NCBI RefSeq assembly: GCF_000012805.1 | Contig: NC_007484.1 | Coordinates: forward strand, 3,449,692 to 3,481,691 | Reading direction: 5' to 3' | Origin: Nitrosococcus oceani ATCC 19707 | GTDB taxonomy: Bacteria; Pseudomonadota; Gammaproteobacteria; Nitrosococcales; Nitrosococcaceae | DNA: 32,000 bases | Translations under genes and position numbers: made by a program | Part shown: in pieces, positions 1-7,566 of the stretch | Layout of the letters: the number at the start of each line of letters is the position of its first letter | How positions within the stretch are numbered: position 1 is the stretch's first letter | Notes under the pieces: model-generated | Databases searched by the model: none | Seen by the model: the letters and a program-made list of their open reading frames with translations, nothing else | Told to the model about the DNA's origin: nothing

Positions 1-165
1 GCCATAAAGGGCTTTCGTAATTCTTTACGCGATGAAGAGCGCCGTGATGCTGAGGAGGCAGCAACCATAGAGCATAAGCAAGCGCATAAAGCTGAAAATC
101 CCTCCCAGAGGCAACAAGCCGATGCCGATTTCAAGATAAAATCCGGCAACGACGAGCACAAGTAA
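1..165 (+). CDS. tatA: Tat translocase subunit TatA, 3' part (5' end lies outside the window)
   Basis: Frame 1 is open from base 1 to TAA at 163-165 (AIKGFRNSLRDEE... then a charged tail). It sits directly upstream of tatB-tatC. It is absent from the ORF track because no start codon is in the window. Confidence 0.8.
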   Translation, partial: AIKGFRNSLRDEERRDAEEAATIEHKQAHKAENPSQRQQADADFKIKSGNDEHK

Positions 166-183
166 TTCTTACGCTGCTATTCT

Positions 184-474
184 ATGTTTGATATCGGTTT
201 CTGGGAAATTTTAGTCATTTTAGTCATACTGCTAATCGTGGTGGGTCCAGAGCGGTTACCAGCAGTCGCCCGTACTACGGCGCTATGGATAAGGAAAGCA
301 CGCCGCTTCGTCTCCCAAGTCAAGCAAGAAGTAGAAGAAGAACTAAGGGCTGAAGAACTCCGCCAGTCGCTTGAAAAAAATAAAAACTTATTCGATCTAG
401 ACGAGACCATTAGCGAAAAACCTACCCCCAAACCGAAGCCCTCCTATTCTAAAACACCCGATGACGGTACCTGA
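184..474 (+). CDS. tatB: Tat translocase subunit TatB
   Basis: 96-aa ORF. N-terminus [26 protein letters not shown] is the TatA/B-type TM helix plus amphipathic helix. It lies between tatA and tatC and overlaps tatC by 14 nt. Confidence 0.9.
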   Translation: MFDIGFWEILVILVILLIVVGPERLPAVARTTALWIRKARRFVSQVKQEVEEELRAEELRQSLEKNKNLFDLDETISEKPTPKPKPSYSKTPDDGT

Positions 475-1213
475 ATCCTCCGGCACTGAAGAACAGCCGC
501 TGGTTTCCCATCTCATGGAGCTGCGGAATCGTTTGCTTCGCAGCATTATCGTCATACTGGTCATAGCAGTCGTGCTCATGCCCTTTGCTAATGATCTGTA
601 CCACTTGCTCGCCCGCCCCCTCATGGCTCACTTGCCCGAGACAAACTCAATGATTGCCACCGAAGTGGCGGCCCCTTTCCTTACGCCCTTCAAATTAACC
701 TTAGTAACTGCAATTATCCTCTCTGTTCCGGTGCTTCTATACCAGCTCTGGGCTTTTATTGCACCGGGCCTTTACCAAAATGAACGCCGTCTTATTTTGC
801 CCCTATTAGCTTCCAGCACCCTCTTATTCTTTCTGGGGATAGCGTTTGCTTACTTTGTGGTTTTCCCGTTGATGTTCGGCTTCTTCACTCAGGCAACACC
901 CGAGGATGTTGCCGTCATGACGGATATCAGCAAATATTTAGATTTTGTATTAACAATGTTTTTTGCCTTTGGACTTGCCTTTGAAGTGCCCGTAGCCACT
1001 GTATTACTCGTATGGACCGGAATTACTAACGTAGAGCGCCTCCAAGAAAAACGCCCTTATATCATTGTTGCTGCCTTTGTCTTTGGTATGCTACTGACAC
1101 CCCCAGATATTATCTCGCAAACCTTACTGGCTCTCCCCATGTGGCTTTTGTTCGAAACGGGATTATGGTTCTCCCGGCTGTTTACGCCGAAAAGCCCCCT
1201 AGAAGAAAATTAA
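461..1213 (+). CDS. tatC: Tat translocase subunit TatC
   Basis: 250-aa polytopic membrane ORF. The N-terminal [15 protein letters not shown] motif is typical of TatC. Synteny is tatABC. Confidence 0.95.
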   Translation: MTVPESSGTEEQPLVSHLMELRNRLLRSIIVILVIAVVLMPFANDLYHLLARPLMAHLPETNSMIATEVAAPFLTPFKLTLVTAIILSVPVLLYQLWAFIAPGLYQNERRLILPLLASSTLLFFLGIAFAYFVVFPLMFGFFTQATPEDVAVMTDISKYLDFVLTMFFAFGLAFEVPVATVLLVWTGITNVERLQEKRPYIIVAAFVFGMLLTPPDIISQTLLALPMWLLFETGLWFSRLFTPKSPLEEN

Positions 1214-1557
1214 TCCACCTTTAGATAACGCATTCTAGTTCCATAGCATAAAGATAAGCTTATCTCCTCCGGTTTCAGTTCCAAGGGAAAATAAACTCCT
1301 GCAATGTGCGCGCCGTGAATACTTGCCCCTTCAAGCCGACTCGCTGAAAAATCAATACCCCTTAAATCCGCCTGGCGGAAATAGCTGCCGCTGAAATCTA
1401 AGCCTTCCGCTTTTAATCCTCGCAGATCGGCTTTGAGAAAATCACAATAGGTCAGGTCACAGCTTTCTCCACTTGCTACCCGGCAGTTGAATTCCTCAAT
1501 TTCACCATTTCTCAGTAATAAATATAAGAGATCAGATTTAATTTGGGGTTCAGTCAT
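1210..1557 (-). CDS. small pentapeptide-repeat protein
   Basis: Tandem A(D/N)LXX-type repeats are visible ([50 protein letters not shown]). The longest ORF starts at 1596 ([14 protein letters not shown]-). I prefer ATG 1557 (MTEPQ...) with a GAGAGG purine tract upstream, but the start is uncertain. Confidence 0.7.
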   Translation of the reverse strand: MTEPQIKSDLLYLLLRNGEIEEFNCRVASGESCDLTYCDFLKADLRGLKAEGLDFSGSYFRQADLRGIDFSASRLEGASIHGAHIAGVYFPLELKPEEISLSLCYGTRMRYLKVD

Positions 1558-1811
1558 CGCCTTAGCCTCTCGCATTTTACAACTCTTTAATAACAAACCC
1601 AGCTTGATGATATCCCGCTTTGCAGAAAAGCAACTCTTAGCAAGCCATCATGGATTATTGGCCTGGTAACTAATCTAAGGCAGCAATTTATCAATCTGAA
1701 TACGGCTAACATTTACCGAATGCTTAAGTAAAGCTATGCTTAAATATAACACACAGCATTCAATAGCTTGCCATACTGAAAAAGCGGGTGAGCCTAATCT
1801 AGGAGACTAAA

Positions 1812-2024
1812 ATGTATCTAAAGCATACGACTTCTTCTGATCTGATAGAAATTCTTAATATCAAAGAATTAATCGATCCCTCTAGAGGAAGCATCACTGG
1901 CCGTTCGCACGTAGGAGAAGAAATGCAAGAACCCGCTTCTTTCCAGAAAAGAGAGCTTATTTTCCCCTCTGGAGAAATGTTGCCTCAATGCTGGATTGAC
2001 CCGGATTATAAGAAAAAAATGTAG
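1812..2024 (+). CDS. small conserved hypothetical protein (70 aa)
   Basis: AGGAG at 1801-1805 lies 6 nt before ATG 1812, and a terminator-like hairpin follows at 2051-2083. The pattern MYLKHT..SDL.E.L ... GEEMQ.P..F.K.ELIFPSGE.LP.CW.DP.Y resembles small proteins I recall from cyanobacteria and gammaproteobacteria. This is unverified. Confidence 0.6.
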   Translation: MYLKHTTSSDLIEILNIKELIDPSRGSITGRSHVGEEMQEPASFQKRELIFPSGEMLPQCWIDPDYKKKM

Positions 2025-2050
2025 TCCAGAAAGCAGCTTCTTCAAAGACT

Positions 2051-2083
2051 AAAAGGGTTATGTGTTTTGCGTAGCCCTTTTTT
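2051..2083 (+). terminator. candidate intrinsic terminator after the 70-aa ORF
   Basis: GGGTTA (2055-2060) pairs with TAGCCC (2072-2077), including one G.U pair, around an 11-nt loop. A T6 run follows (2078-2083) and an A-run precedes. Confidence 0.5.
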
Positions 2084-2394
2084 ATTCATTCACTGGCTTT
2101 AAACTTGGACTAAATGAAAAAAACCGTGCTGGCGCCATACTGTGGGAATAACGACGCAACCATTGCTATCATTTTACCCTTCTAGCTTCGCTAGTTCGCA
2201 TCAAATTATATCGATTCTTTCACTGCTTACCTGTCGCTATCTTTATTGTAGGTGGCTAATTTTTAAAAGCTAAGCTACGCTTTTGTCAAAGTTTGTGCCA
2301 AAATGGTTTTTTAAATACACTAGCGTACCGAGATAGCTAGCACTATAACAAAACTTGCCTCAAAAAATTTCTTAATAGAATAAGCCAAGAATTC

Positions 2395-3801
2395 ATGAAA
2401 CTGTTTCGAACTAAGCCCATCGAAACGGATCTAGCTAAGGATACCGGCCTTAGAAAAGTGCTGGGAGCGTTTGATCTGGTCTTACTTGGCATTGGCGCCA
2501 TTATCGGCGCTGGTATTTTTGTGCTGACGGGTATTGCCGCAGCGAATTATGCTGGACCTGCCGTGGTCTTATCTTTTGTGGTAGCGGGAATGGCAGTTAC
2601 TTTGGCTGCCCTTTCCTACGCAGAACTAGCTGCCTTTATCGGCGGTGCTGGCAGCGCCTATGGATATGGCTATGCCGGTTTAGGTGAATTTGTGGCTTGG
2701 GTCATTGGCTGGATGCTGATTCTGGAATATACCGTTGCAATATCTGCGGTATCAGTGGGCTGGTCAGGTTATGTTGGCAATGCATTGGCAGCAATGCAAA
2801 TGCATCTGCCCGACGTGCTGACACAAACGCCTTCTCAGGGTGGCTGGGTCAATCTGCCAGCAATGCTCATCATTCTTATCCTCGGAATTCTTCTTGCTAC
2901 TGGTGCTAAGGTAAGCGCCCACTTCAACGCTATCATGGTATTTGTTAAAGTTGCCGCCATACTGCTATTCATTGGTGTTGCCTTCTTCCATGTAGATACT
3001 AATCACTGGACTCCCTTTATGCCCTTTGGTTGGCAGGGAGTCATGACCGGCGCAGCCAGTATTTTTTTTGCTTATATCGGCTTTGATGCTGTCTCCACGG
3101 CAGCTGAGGAGACCCGGAATCCACAAAAGGATCTGCCCATTGGAATCCTAGGATCTCTCGCTATTTGCACGTTGCTTTATATGCTAGTGGCTGCGTTATT
3201 AACCGGCATTGTACCTTACTCCTCCCTAGATGTTCCCTCCCCGGTTTCTGAAGCCCTCCTCCAGGTAGGTGCGAAGTGGGCCTCCGGGATGATTGCTATC
3301 GGCGCTATTGCCGGCCTTACTACCGTCATGTTGGTCCTGTATTTTGGGCTGACCCGGATTCTATTTGCTATTTCACGGGACGGCTTATTGCCGCCCTTTT
3401 TTTCTCATATAAACAATAGGACCGGTAGCCCCGTACGTGTGATTCTGCTATCTGGTTTAGCAATGGCAAGCATTGCAGGCTTCGCTCCCCTAAATGATAT
3501 TGTCGAGCTTACCAATATTGGCACACTCGGTGCCTTCACAGTAGTTTGTGCTGGAGTCGCTGTATTACGCTACACTAGACCGGAGTTACACCGACCGTTC
3601 CGAATTCCATTTAGTCCTGCCGTCCCGCTGCTAGGAATAGCCTTCTGCGTGTATTTGATGACCCAGTTGAGCGCAGATACTTGGACTCGGTTTTCAGTAT
3701 GGCTGGCAGCAGGGCTAGTCATTTACTTTACTTACTCCTACCGCCACAGTAAACTCTCTGCCCCGGAGGAAAGCAAACCAGCCCATGCGCCGCTTGAGTA
3801 A
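2395..3801 (+). CDS. APC-superfamily amino acid permease (cationic amino acid transporter / YfnA-like)
   Basis: 468-aa ORF with about 12 predicted TM segments. N-terminal signature L.R.LG.FDL..LGIGAIIGAGIFVLTG and AELA...P.AGSAY-type motifs match the APC/CAT family. Confidence 0.85.
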   Translation: MKLFRTKPIETDLAKDTGLRKVLGAFDLVLLGIGAIIGAGIFVLTGIAAANYAGPAVVLSFVVAGMAVTLAALSYAELAAFIGGAGSAYGYGYAGLGEFVAWVIGWMLILEYTVAISAVSVGWSGYVGNALAAMQMHLPDVLTQTPSQGGWVNLPAMLIILILGILLATGAKVSAHFNAIMVFVKVAAILLFIGVAFFHVDTNHWTPFMPFGWQGVMTGAASIFFAYIGFDAVSTAAEETRNPQKDLPIGILGSLAICTLLYMLVAALLTGIVPYSSLDVPSPVSEALLQVGAKWASGMIAIGAIAGLTTVMLVLYFGLTRILFAISRDGLLPPFFSHINNRTGSPVRVILLSGLAMASIAGFAPLNDIVELTNIGTLGAFTVVCAGVAVLRYTRPELHRPFRIPFSPAVPLLGIAFCVYLMTQLSADTWTRFSVWLAAGLVIYFTYSYRHSKLSAPEESKPAHAPLE

Positions 3802-4088
3802 GGACTTGCGTTGTTTTCCTTTTAAATTACCTATACTGATTAAACGTGTTTATTGCTTACACCACCCACTAAGCACGAGTTTCTCCTCCCGCCCAAATTG
3901 GGCACCTCTCGCCTATCCTATCCTTCTTTATTTAGTTTGTTAAAAGAAATCTTCTTCCGTATTTTTATTATCAACGAGGGCGAATAAGGTTTGTAAGTAT
4001 GGCTAGTATATAAATACTCAATTCGGATATGCACCTTAAACTCCCCCCATTCCTATATTTCTTCCCTTAGAACTAAGGAGAAAAGCTG

Positions 4089-5786
4089 GTGCTCCACAGC
4101 TCCCCCCTGATTACGACTCTTGCTGTGGCGCTTGGACTCGCTCTCGCGCTTGGCTTCCTCGCCGAGCGGATCAAGCTCCCGGCGCTGGTAGGATACCTAT
4201 TAGCCGGTATCCTCATCAGCCCATCTACCCCGGGTTTTGTCGCTGACATAGAAATTGCAAGGCAATTAGCCGAGATTGGCATTATGTTGCTGATGTTCGG
4301 CGTAGGTCTCCATTTGTCTTTAGAAGAACTACTGGCAGTTCGCAAAATTGCCTTGCCTGGAGCAGTACTGCAAATAGCTATTACCACCAGTTTAAGTACG
4401 AGCATCGCTATTGCTTGGGGCTGGGAATTGGGAAATGCTATGGTTTTCGGCTTGACACTATCAGTTGCCAGCACCGTAGTACTGCTGAAAGCGCTTGAGA
4501 CCCGTAGTATTCTGGATTCTGTAAATGGGCGGATTGCTGTGGGCTGGATAGTGGTAGAAGACATCACTATGGTGCTAGTGCTTGTGTTTCTTCCGCCGCT
4601 GGCGGGATGGCTGGATGGAGATGGAACTAACAATCAAGGTTTGGAGCTAGGATGGACCCTAGGCATTACCTTAACAAAAGTAACTGTATTTGCTGCTCTG
4701 ATGCTTATTGTGGGGCGCCGCTTCTTCCCATGGTTACTATGGCAAGTTGCAGATACAGGCTCACGCGAACTCTTCACACTATGCGTAGTAGCCGCCGCCG
4801 TGAGTATTGCTTATGGGGCGACGACTCTATTTGGAGTATCTTTCGCCTTAGGCGCCTTTTTTGCCGGTATGGTGTTGAGAGAATCTGAACTCAGCCATCG
4901 CGCCGCCGCAGAATCTCTGCCCCTACGGGATGCCTTTGCAGTCTTGTTCTTTGTATCAGTAGGGGTGCTATTTGACCCCATCATTCTCATTGAACAACCA
5001 TTAAAGGTACTTACCGTAGTGGCTATTATCATAATAGGAAAGCCTCTAGCAGCAGCAACTCTGATACTCGCTTTCCGGTACCCTTTGAATACGGCCTTCA
5101 CGATCTCTGCTGGCCTAGCTCAGATCGGCGAATTCTCCTTCATTCTGGCTGGGCTTGGTGTCAGCCTGGGATTGCTTACTATGGAAGGCCAGAGCCTAAT
5201 TCTAGCCGGCGCCATAACCTCCATTGCTCTCAACCCCATGGTATTCAAAGCGATTAAACCCTTGCAAAGATGGCTGCGATCCCGCTCAGTCTTGGCTCGC
5301 GTACTTGAAAAACCCAGTGATCCCTTAGCAGAATTACCCATGTCCACTGAACAAAAGTACCTTTCTAAGCAAGTAGTTTTGGTAGGGTATGGGCGAATAG
5401 GCCGACGGATTGGAAAAATACTGACTGAGCGGCGGATTCCCTATGTGGTTGCAGAACAAAATCGGGAGCTGGTCGAAGCGCTGCGGAAACAAGGCATACC
5501 CGCCGTATCAGGGGACGCCTCGGACTCGGCCGTGCTTATCCAAGCTCACATTGCTCGAGCTAAGATACTAATGATCACCATACCAGACACCTTTAATGCA
5601 CGGCAGATGATCAAGACGGCTCGTACTCTCAACCCAAAGATTGAAACGGTCATTCGTGCCTACAGCGAAGAAGAAACTATACTGCTGGAGCAAGAAGGTG
5701 CGGGGAAAATCTTCCTTGGCGAGAACGAGCTGGCTACAAGCATGGCGCTGCATGTACTGGAACAATTAGGAAAAGGTAAGCATTAA
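4089..5786 (+). CDS. CPA2-family monovalent cation:proton antiporter with C-terminal TrkA-N/RCK domain (YbaL/KefB-like)
   Basis: 565-aa ORF with an Na+/H+-exchanger-type membrane domain. The C-terminal Rossmann motif VVLVGYGRIGRRIG indicates an RCK domain. GTG start at 4089, with AAGGAG (4075-4080) 8 nt upstream. Confidence 0.85.
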   Translation: MLHSSPLITTLAVALGLALALGFLAERIKLPALVGYLLAGILISPSTPGFVADIEIARQLAEIGIMLLMFGVGLHLSLEELLAVRKIALPGAVLQIAITTSLSTSIAIAWGWELGNAMVFGLTLSVASTVVLLKALETRSILDSVNGRIAVGWIVVEDITMVLVLVFLPPLAGWLDGDGTNNQGLELGWTLGITLTKVTVFAALMLIVGRRFFPWLLWQVADTGSRELFTLCVVAAAVSIAYGATTLFGVSFALGAFFAGMVLRESELSHRAAAESLPLRDAFAVLFFVSVGVLFDPIILIEQPLKVLTVVAIIIIGKPLAAATLILAFRYPLNTAFTISAGLAQIGEFSFILAGLGVSLGLLTMEGQSLILAGAITSIALNPMVFKAIKPLQRWLRSRSVLARVLEKPSDPLAELPMSTEQKYLSKQVVLVGYGRIGRRIGKILTERRIPYVVAEQNRELVEALRKQGIPAVSGDASDSAVLIQAHIARAKILMITIPDTFNARQMIKTARTLNPKIETVIRAYSEEETILLEQEGAGKIFLGENELATSMALHVLEQLGKGKH

Positions 5787-5832
5787 AGGGTGTCAGGTTT
5801 TCTATGTAACCAAGGCTCAATCAGGCATCGTC

Positions 5833-6135
5833 TCAGCGAAAAGGGTGAAGAATTGATTGAGCGCTGCCTTCCAAGCTTGAATAAGTCACTAAAAAGCAAC
5901 GTGGATAATAAGCCAAGCGTGCCATGGTGAGTAGCCATGGCATCCCGTAGATGACGATATTCAGTCGACATAAAGCATCTGCGATTACTGGCATCGCCAA
6001 CAGATGAGCAGCAAGAGAGACAATACCCGTTGCCATTAACCTACCAAATGAGGTTGGAGACAAATCTTTTATATTTTTGAATGGATGGCTCGGTGAAGTT
6101 TGCCCAATAGATGCCTTCCTGTCAGCAGAGATCAT
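5833..6135 (-). pseudogene. 5' fragment of a TDT-family (TehA / C4-dicarboxylate / tellurite-resistance type) transporter gene
   Basis: The 100-aa ORF contains the family's N-terminal pattern (...SFGRLMATGIVSLAAHLL...LNIVIYGMPWLLTMARLAYYPR...). Full-length members are more than 300 aa. Only about 350 nt exist before the convergent antiporter gene ends at 5786, there is no SD before ATG 6135, and similarity decays after PRCFL. Confidence 0.55.
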
Positions 6136-6228
6136 AAATGATTGAAAAACCCTTCTAGCTTAAGGGGCTGACAAAACTCCTTTCATTTTTCTAGAAATGA
6201 ACTAAAAAAATAATTAAGATCGTTACAA

Positions 6229-6367
6229 TTTACCACAGCGCTTTTCCACAGATTTTTCCCTTAATACATTGATTGAAGAAAAAACTATTAATGACCCAAA
6301 AGACGCTTGAAGTGCGGTTAAAGTGTGGTAAAGTGACGCAGAATATATGTAGTAAAAGTGCGGATAA
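6229..6367. repeat. cluster of five related 9-11-mers (iteron / DnaA-box-like) in the AT-rich leader upstream of the traK-like gene
   Basis: TTTACCACA 6229-6237 and TTTTCCACA 6242-6250 are in one orientation. TGCGGTTAA 6313-6321, TGTGGTAAA 6324-6332 and TGCGGATAA 6359-6367 are in the other. The right-hand set is embedded in AAAGTG(Y)GG direct repeats with a 10-11 bp period. Confidence 0.6.
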
Positions 6368-6386
6368 ATGCAATAAGAGAAGAAGC

Positions 6387-6737
6387 ATGACCCTATCTGA
6401 TAAGCTAAAAAAATGTACTCAGACCCGTGGTCAAGGACAGCAAGCATTCTTAGCCCAGCGCCGCGAAATCGCGCGGGCGTTGAAGGCTGGCTATCCGGCC
6501 AAAACTGTGTGGAGCTTACTCCATGAAAAAGGAACTATGCCAGTCCAGTACCGGACTTTTATGGAATATGTAAACCGCTACCTCAAGGATAACGGACAGC
6601 CGCAACCTCAACCAGCTGAAATATCATCTTTGCCCCCACTAAATAAATCTAAGTCGGTAACCCAATCTAGCCAGCCTCCCTTGGCCAAACGCTTTCAGTT
6701 TGATGCCAAAGGCAAAACCAAAGAAGAACTCATTTAG
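6387..6737 (+). CDS. traK: TraK-like small DNA-binding (oriT-binding, IncP-type) protein
   Basis: From the internal ATG 6387 (purine-rich AAGAGAAGAAG upstream) the product is MTLSDKLKK...QQAFLAQRREIARALKAGYPAKTVWSLLHEKGTMPVQYRTFMEYVNRY..., then a P/Q-rich linker, then ...FQFDAKGKTKEELI. This parallels RP4 TraK as I recall it (AFLAVRADVEAALASGYALVTIWEHMRETGKV.FSYETFRSH...FTFNPTPDKKDLL). The track's 6273 start reads through the repeat array. Confidence 0.65.
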   Translation: MTLSDKLKKCTQTRGQGQQAFLAQRREIARALKAGYPAKTVWSLLHEKGTMPVQYRTFMEYVNRYLKDNGQPQPQPAEISSLPPLNKSKSVTQSSQPPLAKRFQFDAKGKTKEELI

Positions 6738-6750
6738 GAGAATATGCCCG

Positions 6751-7566
6751 ATGGCAAGAGCGCATTTTACTCTGCAAGGGAAAGGCGGTGTAGGCAAAAG
6801 CTTGGTCTCCGCTCTGATCGCCCAGCATCGCCAAGAAAATAACATTCCCTTGATCTGTGTGGACACCGATCCGGTGAATGCCACCTTTTCCGGTTATACA
6901 GCTTTTCCAGTCAAGCGAATAGAATTATTAAAGGAGAATACTATCGATGAGCGGGAATTTGACCGGCTTATGGAGCTTATCGTAGACAACCGGGATACGG
7001 AAATAGTAATTGATAATGGGGCATCTAGTTTTATTCCTTTATCCTCCTATTTGGTGGAGAATGAAGCAATAGATATGCTTCATTCCTTGGGGCATTCAAT
7101 TATTATTCATCCGGTAGTGACGGGTGGTCAGTCGCTGCTCGATACTCTCTCAGGTTTTGATGCCTTAGCCAGCCAATTCCCAGCGTCGGCAGACATGGTA
7201 GTATGGCTAAATTACTACTTTGGCCCAATTGAAAAAGAGGGCAAAACCTTCGAGGAAATGAAGGTTTATCAGGATCACAAAGGGCGCGTAAAGGGGGTTG
7301 TGAGGATTGATCGCCATAATCAAGCTACCTTTGGAGAAGATATGCAGCAAATGCTCGAAAATCGGATGACGTTTAGCCAGGCGATTGAATCCGAAAAATT
7401 CAAACTTATGGCTAAGCAACGCCTCAGAAAGATGAAAGATGAACTATTTAAACAAATGGATCAGATACTAGCAGTATCAGAAAAACCCGTGGCCAAAAAA
7501 CACTCGGCTGCCGAAGCGAAAAAGCCGAAAAAAGTGAGCAGAACCTCTAGCAAGCGATCCGAGTAA
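6751..7566 (+). CDS. traL: TraL-like ParA/MinD-superfamily P-loop ATPase (IncP Tra1 leader-operon type) with a lysine-rich C-terminal tail
   Basis: ATG 6751 follows AGGAG (6736-6740). Block-by-block resemblance to RP4 TraL from memory: LQGKGGVGKS, DTDPVNATF.GY, VIDNGASSF.PLS.YL, VVTGGQ.LLDT.SGF..LASQFP, VWLN.Y.GPIE.EGK.FE.MK.Y. Deviant Walker A has the signature lysine. The track's 6700 start adds 17 unlikely codons overlapping traK. Confidence 0.75.
   Translation: MARAHFTLQGKGGVGKSLVSALIAQHRQENNIPLICVDTDPVNATFSGYTAFPVKRIELLKENTIDEREFDRLMELIVDNRDTEIVIDNGASSFIPLSSYLVENEAIDMLHSLGHSIIIHPVVTGGQSLLDTLSGFDALASQFPASADMVVWLNYYFGPIEKEGKTFEEMKVYQDHKGRVKGVVRIDRHNQATFGEDMQQMLENRMTFSQAIESEKFKLMAKQRLRKMKDELFKQMDQILAVSEKPVAKKHSAAEAKKPKKVSRTSSKRSE

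Noticed and set aside
2114-2185. 23-codon ORF (MKKTVLAPYCGNNDATIAIILPF) in the 370-nt region upstream of the permease, considered as a possible leader peptide.
   Set aside because: It has no SD and no associated attenuator-like alternative hairpins that I can see. An ORF of this length is expected by chance.
4073-4633. 186-aa minus-strand ORF (S/T/A/P-rich). Many similar ORFs in the track lie antisense to confidently called genes, for example 397-624, 4811-5101, 8596-8784, 10070-10378, 10608-11271, 12304-12552, 14315-14983, 16676-17024, 18235-18620, 19005-19590, 21112-21414, 21857-22430 and 28209-28529.
   Set aside because: All lie fully inside, and antisense or out of frame to, long ORFs with unmistakable family signatures. 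They have low-complexity composition, no SD and no recognisable motifs, so they are shadow ORFs.
5900-5908. Isolated 8/9 DnaA-box match CGTGGATAA inside the transporter fragment, and a 7/9 match TTATCAACG at about 3968-3976.
   Set aside because: About seven 8/9 matches are expected by chance in 32 kb on both strands. Single boxes carry no weight, and only the 6229-6367 cluster is notable.
6150-6166. CCCTT-N7-AAGGG hairpin followed by T5 on the minus strand, considered as a terminator.
   Set aside because: The stem is only 5 bp. It lies 10 nt upstream of the start of the transporter fragment, and no minus-strand gene sits upstream of it to terminate. At best it is a relic.
6188-6197. Perfect 10-bp palindrome TTTCTAGAAA, reminiscent in style of IncP KorA/KorB operators.
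   Set aside because: The central bases differ from the KorA (TTTAGCTAAA) and KorB operator cores as I recall them. About 30 perfect 10-bp palindromes are expected by chance in 32 kb.
6273-6386. The 38-codon N-terminal extension of the traK-like ORF, and likewise 6700-6750 for traL and 21570-21605 for atpH.
   Set aside because: The extensions run through the repeat array or overlap the upstream gene, lack SD sequences and add residues with no counterpart in the families. The internal ATGs have proper SD sequences and give canonical N-termini.
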